From positions 29,011 to 93,010 of the forward strand of contig JAVJWO010000211.1 of the NCBI GenBank assembly GCA_040222015.1: 64,000 nucleotides of DNA, given 5' to 3'. Below are positions 59,974 through 64,000 of this stretch, in pieces. The notes beneath the pieces are model-generated. The model did not search any database. It was not told the origin of the DNA and was given only the letters and a program-made list of their open reading frames with translations. The position numbers were made by a program, and so were the translations under genes. This DNA comes from Coleofasciculus chthonoplastes F2-STO-03. Its GTDB lineage: Bacteria > Cyanobacteriota > Cyanobacteriia > Cyanobacteriales > Coleofasciculaceae. How positions within the stretch are numbered: position 1 is the first letter of the stretch; each line of letters opens with the position of its first letter.

Positions 59974-60642
59974 CTAATGACTCGTAACCACCGCCTTTTG
60001 TCCCAGACTCGCCGGGTCAACCGAGTTCAGTTCACCCTGTTGGATTGTCCAACAGCAGTCAGCAATTTGCAATAACTCACCCGCATCGTGAGTCACCACC
60101 AGTAATGTCCAATGAGACTTGAGTTTTAGGAGCAAATTCGCTAACTGGCGGCGCATTGACCAATCCAGTCCCGCCGTTGGTTCATCTAACATCAATACAG
60201 TCGGTTGGCGAATTAACTGAACCGCTAAGGCTAAACGCCTTTGTTGACCGCCACTGAGCGCATGAGGAGAGGTATACAGCGAAATCTCACCCAGTCCCAC
60301 TTCAGTTAACGCTTCCTGAACCCGTTCTGAACCCAATTCCGGGTGTCCCATCCGCAATTCCTCTAGTACCGTACTGCCACAAAAATGGCGTTCAGGAAAC
60401 TGAAACACCAATCCGGCGAGTTGTTGTAAGTGATCAGGCGTCAATCCCTGTTCACCCCAGAATATATCACCCGATGTGGCTTGGGCTAAACCTGCCAGAA
60501 TCTCCAATAAGGTCGTTTTACCCGACCCACTCCGACCGATGATCAGTCCGAGTTGTTGCGGTGCTAGGGTTAGAGTCAAACCTTTTAAGATAGCGGTGGG
60601 GGTAGCGGGTGGGTGATAGGTTATATTTTTGAGATAAAGCAT
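59974..60642 (-). CDS. ABC ATPase (EcfA/CbiO-like)
   Basis: GRSGSGKTT, GLVFQFPE, LSGGQQRR, LDEPTAGLD. Confidence 0.9.
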   Translation of the reverse strand: MLYLKNITYHPPATPTAILKGLTLTLAPQQLGLIIGRSGSGKTTLLEILAGLAQATSGDIFWGEQGLTPDHLQQLAGLVFQFPERHFCGSTVLEELRMGHPELGSERVQEALTEVGLGEISLYTSPHALSGGQQRRLALAVQLIRQPTVLMLDEPTAGLDWSMRRQLANLLLKLKSHWTLLVVTHDAGELLQIADCCWTIQQGELNSVDPASLGQKAVVTSH

Positions 60643-60959
60643 CCAAATCCGTTAAGCAAAAAGATGTTCGGATCTTCTTCATTGTGGCATCGATTGTCTT
60701 AGGATGAATGGCACTGAAAATTTGCATTGTGAGATCGCCAAAACCTTTGATATGCCGTAGGGTGGGTTTCGACTTCGCTTAACCCACCAGACTTAAGCTT
60801 ACTTTTGGTCCTCTCTCCAAACCTCTCTCCTGAAGAGAGAGAAGGCTTTGAATTCTCCCCCTTTCGTGCAAAAAAAGCGAAGTATCCTTATTCTTGATGA
60901 CAAAAATCGAGTGAATGGGGACATACTGGGAATAAGAGCATCAGGAGGCAAACCGGATC

Positions 60960-63785
60960 ATGTCTAATGATAATGTCGCCGCATTATTACAGCAGGGACA
61001 TGAGCAGCTAGATCGGGGACAAAACCAAGCAGCGTTGCAGATCTTTCAGCAAGCCGAACAACGGGAACCGGAAAACCCCCAAGTGTTGTTTGGGTTAGGT
61101 TTAGCTTGTTATCGCTTAGAGCAATATCAGGAATCGGTTGATTATCTGACTCAATCTTTAAACATTGAACCCTGCTATATTTTAGCCTTGGCGTATCGAG
61201 GTAGAGCATACCGAGGGTTGAAATTAGAGGAACCAGCAACAGCCGATTTTGAGCAAGTGCTTCAACTTGAGCCTCAAACTCATCAAGATTGGCGAGGGCG
61301 AGGACTTGCGTTATATGAGTTAAAACGGTATGAGGAAGCAATTGTTAGTTACGATAAAGCGATTGAAATTAATTCTGACTACTATTATGCCTGGGGGAAC
61401 CGGGGTAATGCGCTGGGTAAATTAGGGAGATATTCAGAGGCGATCGCGAGTTTCGATAAAGCGATTGAAATTAATCCTGACAACTATAATGCCAGGAATG
61501 GGTGGGGTGTTGCGCTGTATGAATTAGGGAAATATGAAGAAGCGATCGCGAGTTGCGATAAAGCGATTGAAATTAATCCTGACTACTATTATGCCTGGGG
61601 GAACCGGGGTAATGCGCTAGATAACTTAGGGAAATATTCAGAGGCGATCGCGAGTTGCGATAAAGCGATTGAAATTAATCCTGACAACTATAATGCCTGG
61701 GGGAACCGGGGTGGTGCGCTAAATAACTTAGGGAAATATTCAGAAGCGATCGCGAGTTACGATAAAGCGATTGAAATTAATCCTGATGACTATAATGCCT
61801 GGGGGAACCGGGGTAGTGCGCTAGATAACTTAGGGAAATATTCAGAGGCGATCGCGAGTTGCGATAAAGCGATTGAAATTAATCCTGACTACTATAATGC
61901 CTGGGGGAACCGGGGTGGTGCGCTAAATAACTTAGGGAAATATTCAGAAGCGATCGCGAGTTGCGATAAAGCGATTGAAATTAATCCTGACTACTATTAT
62001 GCCTGGAAGAACCGGGGTTGGGCATTATTGAACTTAAAACGCTACAACGAAGCCTTCCAAAACTGGGAAGATGGCAGAAAAAACTTTAACTTAGACACCC
62101 CTGAACACCGAGAAGGGCGTGGCGAACTTTACTATAGCGAAGCTCAAGCCTATTACCAACTAGGACGACAGGAAGCTAATCTCGATAACTTACTCAAAGC
62201 CAAACAAAGTTATCACACTGCATTTACTCTTCTTGATACTCCCCAATGTCGCCAGCGACAACTAGAAATACTGCAAGACTTAATCCGGGTTTGTCAATAC
62301 ATCAGCACGCCGAAACAAGTCCAAGAACTACTTAACCAAGGCACTGATTTACTAGAACGATGGCTGCAAGACTCTAACTTTAGCGATGAGAACTATATCC
62401 ACTTCAAACAAAAATTTGCCGGATTTAATCAATACCAAGTCGATACCCTCGCCCAGTCATCCGAACCCGAACAACATATTCAAGCCATAGAATTAGCTGA
62501 AGAACGCAAAAATACCTGTTTAGGCTGGCTGCAATATGGCAAAGCCTATAAAGCTCCCAGCCTCACCTACAATCAAATCCAACAGCAATTTAATCCCCAT
62601 ACGGCTGCCATTTACTGGCACATTAGTCCCGCCGCGATTACTACCTTTATCCTCAAACATAACCAACCGCCGCAAATCCTCCAGCTTCACCCCCTTAAAT
62701 CAAATAAAAAGCGCTCGCCATTTCCTTTCTTTAATCAACCCGAAAAATCTTATCCAGCAACCGCCAATCAATTGCGAGAGTTTGAAGACTGGTTAAATCA
62801 ATGGAAACAAGACTATCGACATTACAGCCAAGCGCCGCAAACAACCTCTATTTGGCGGCAAAGTATGGAATCTCTATTACGCAGCCTGGAATATATTCTC
62901 CATATTCGTGATATTTTGCCCTATCTCAGAGATATTGACCAACTCATTTTAATTCCCCATCGCGACTTACACCTCCTCCCTCTCCATTACCTTTTCCCCT
63001 CGCGGTTTACCATCACCTATCTCCCCAGTTTCCAAATCGGATTAAACCTGCAACCCTATCAATCTGATCAATCGTTACTCAGTCTAGAAAATCTTGATAT
63101 TCAATCCAACTATTGCACGCTTACGTCTAATATCCTGACTAGCTTATATCCCCAATGCCAACGGCTAAATAGTTCGACAATCGATAAAAAACGACTGATT
63201 CAAGATTTAAAATCAAATACTGGCACATTTCAATTTATCGGTCATGCCTATCACAATCTAGACAATCCGAAAACATCAGCCCTACAACTGACGATTGCTG
63301 ATCAGCTAACAATGGCAGAAATTTTTGATCAGTTAAACTTCGGCAATTACAATCTCATCTTTCTCTCCGCTTGCGAAACCGGAATTACGAATTCTCACAA
63401 CCTAATTGATGAATATGTGGGACTGATTAGTGCATTTCTAGCCAAGGGAGCCAGTTATGTGATTAGTACCCTTTGGACTGTGGATGAACGTTCAACCGCT
63501 TGGCTAACCATTCGTTTTTATCAATATCTGAAAGCGGGTGAACATCCGGTGTCTGCTCTCAAACAGGCACAAGATTGGCTCAAGCAAGTTACAAATCGTG
63601 ACCTAGCAAAATGGTATCTTGAACTCGCTCAAGATATAAAAGCTACTCATCCTCACGCGAGCGAATATCTCAAAACTGAAGCGGCTTTAATTCAACAAGA
63701 TTCGGATAAACTGATTGCAGTTAAACCTCCCTTTGAGCATCCTTATCACTGGGCAGGTTTCATCATCACAGGGAATCCTTTTTGA
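60960..63785 (+). CDS. TPR-CHAT (caspase-like) protein
   Basis: N-terminal TPRs; CHAT motifs LILIPHRDLHLLPLH, FIGHA (His), LSACETG (Cys), STLWTVD, HPYHWAGF. Confidence 0.92.
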   Translation: MSNDNVAALLQQGHEQLDRGQNQAALQIFQQAEQREPENPQVLFGLGLACYRLEQYQESVDYLTQSLNIEPCYILALAYRGRAYRGLKLEEPATADFEQVLQLEPQTHQDWRGRGLALYELKRYEEAIVSYDKAIEINSDYYYAWGNRGNALGKLGRYSEAIASFDKAIEINPDNYNARNGWGVALYELGKYEEAIASCDKAIEINPDYYYAWGNRGNALDNLGKYSEAIASCDKAIEINPDNYNAWGNRGGALNNLGKYSEAIASYDKAIEINPDDYNAWGNRGSALDNLGKYSEAIASCDKAIEINPDYYNAWGNRGGALNNLGKYSEAIASCDKAIEINPDYYYAWKNRGWALLNLKRYNEAFQNWEDGRKNFNLDTPEHREGRGELYYSEAQAYYQLGRQEANLDNLLKAKQSYHTAFTLLDTPQCRQRQLEILQDLIRVCQYISTPKQVQELLNQGTDLLERWLQDSNFSDENYIHFKQKFAGFNQYQVDTLAQSSEPEQHIQAIELAEERKNTCLGWLQYGKAYKAPSLTYNQIQQQFNPHTAAIYWHISPAAITTFILKHNQPPQILQLHPLKSNKKRSPFPFFNQPEKSYPATANQLREFEDWLNQWKQDYRHYSQAPQTTSIWRQSMESLLRSLEYILHIRDILPYLRDIDQLILIPHRDLHLLPLHYLFPSRFTITYLPSFQIGLNLQPYQSDQSLLSLENLDIQSNYCTLTSNILTSLYPQCQRLNSSTIDKKRLIQDLKSNTGTFQFIGHAYHNLDNPKTSALQLTIADQLTMAEIFDQLNFGNYNLIFLSACETGITNSHNLIDEYVGLISAFLAKGASYVISTLWTVDERSTAWLTIRFYQYLKAGEHPVSALKQAQDWLKQVTNRDLAKWYLELAQDIKATHPHASEYLKTEAALIQQDSDKLIAVKPPFEHPYHWAGFIITGNPF
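61347..62020 (+). repeat. Seven near-identical 102-bp TPR-coding tandem repeats
   Basis: GATAAAGCGATTGAAATTAAT at 61353, 61455, 61557, 61659, 61761, 61863 and 61965. Confidence 0.95.
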
Positions 63786-64000
63786 TAACAACTAGCCCTG
63801 ACGCTTTCTTGGCATCTAAATCACCATTCTTAGGGGAAGGTGAAAACTAATACAGGGGCAGCGTTTCACCCTCATCCCCTAACCCCTTCTCCCACCCCCC
63901 TCGTTCCCCCCTACCCCCCTCATTCCCCCCTACAAGAGGGGGGAGGACTAAGGATGCTTCGCTTTTTTGGCGAGGGGGGATGACAGAGGATGCTTCGCTT

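Noticed and set aside
61347..62020. DGR template/variable repeat pair
   Set aside because: No reverse transcriptase or non-coding template is present in the window, some differences are C/T, and many adenines are invariant.

Overview
Chromosomal window from a filamentous cyanobacterium. This is inferred from very dense HIP1 GCGATCGC sites, STRR heptamer repeats, cphBA, a flavodiiron gene, XisH/XisI and urtABCDE; the repeat style resembles Oscillatoriales such as Coleofasciculus. The housekeeping backbone is leuC (5' end), ppsA, a peroxiredoxin, udg, trmD, cphB-cphA, urtABCDE, tRNA-Tyr/tRNA-Thr, UPF0182, flv, coaX, glgX, rpiA, an RRM protein and rsmG. It is interspersed with MITE/REP-like repeats, IS200/IS605 right-end remnants and many short gene shards. 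The most notable region is an accessory module at about 21.1-32.3 kb, bracketed by a ~450-bp direct repeat. It encodes an HTH-REC regulator, an ECF-like sigma factor overlapping a TPR gene, a YopT/C58-like papain-fold protein and an ABC exporter. Two repeated cis-elements wire it together: a CCGACT-box promoter (2 copies) and a 45-bp ECF-promoter-like motif (3 copies, identical spacing). This suggests an undescribed two-tier regulatory cascade controlling exchangeable effector slots. Other highlights are a 1.5-kb integrase-only element in tRNA-Thr with a mismatch in the att core, an NYN-RNase III fusion, a TPR-CHAT protease whose near-identical 102-bp repeats vary mainly at ligand-groove codons, and a UrtD-TerB fusion. 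All family calls are from motif recognition by eye; no searches were run.
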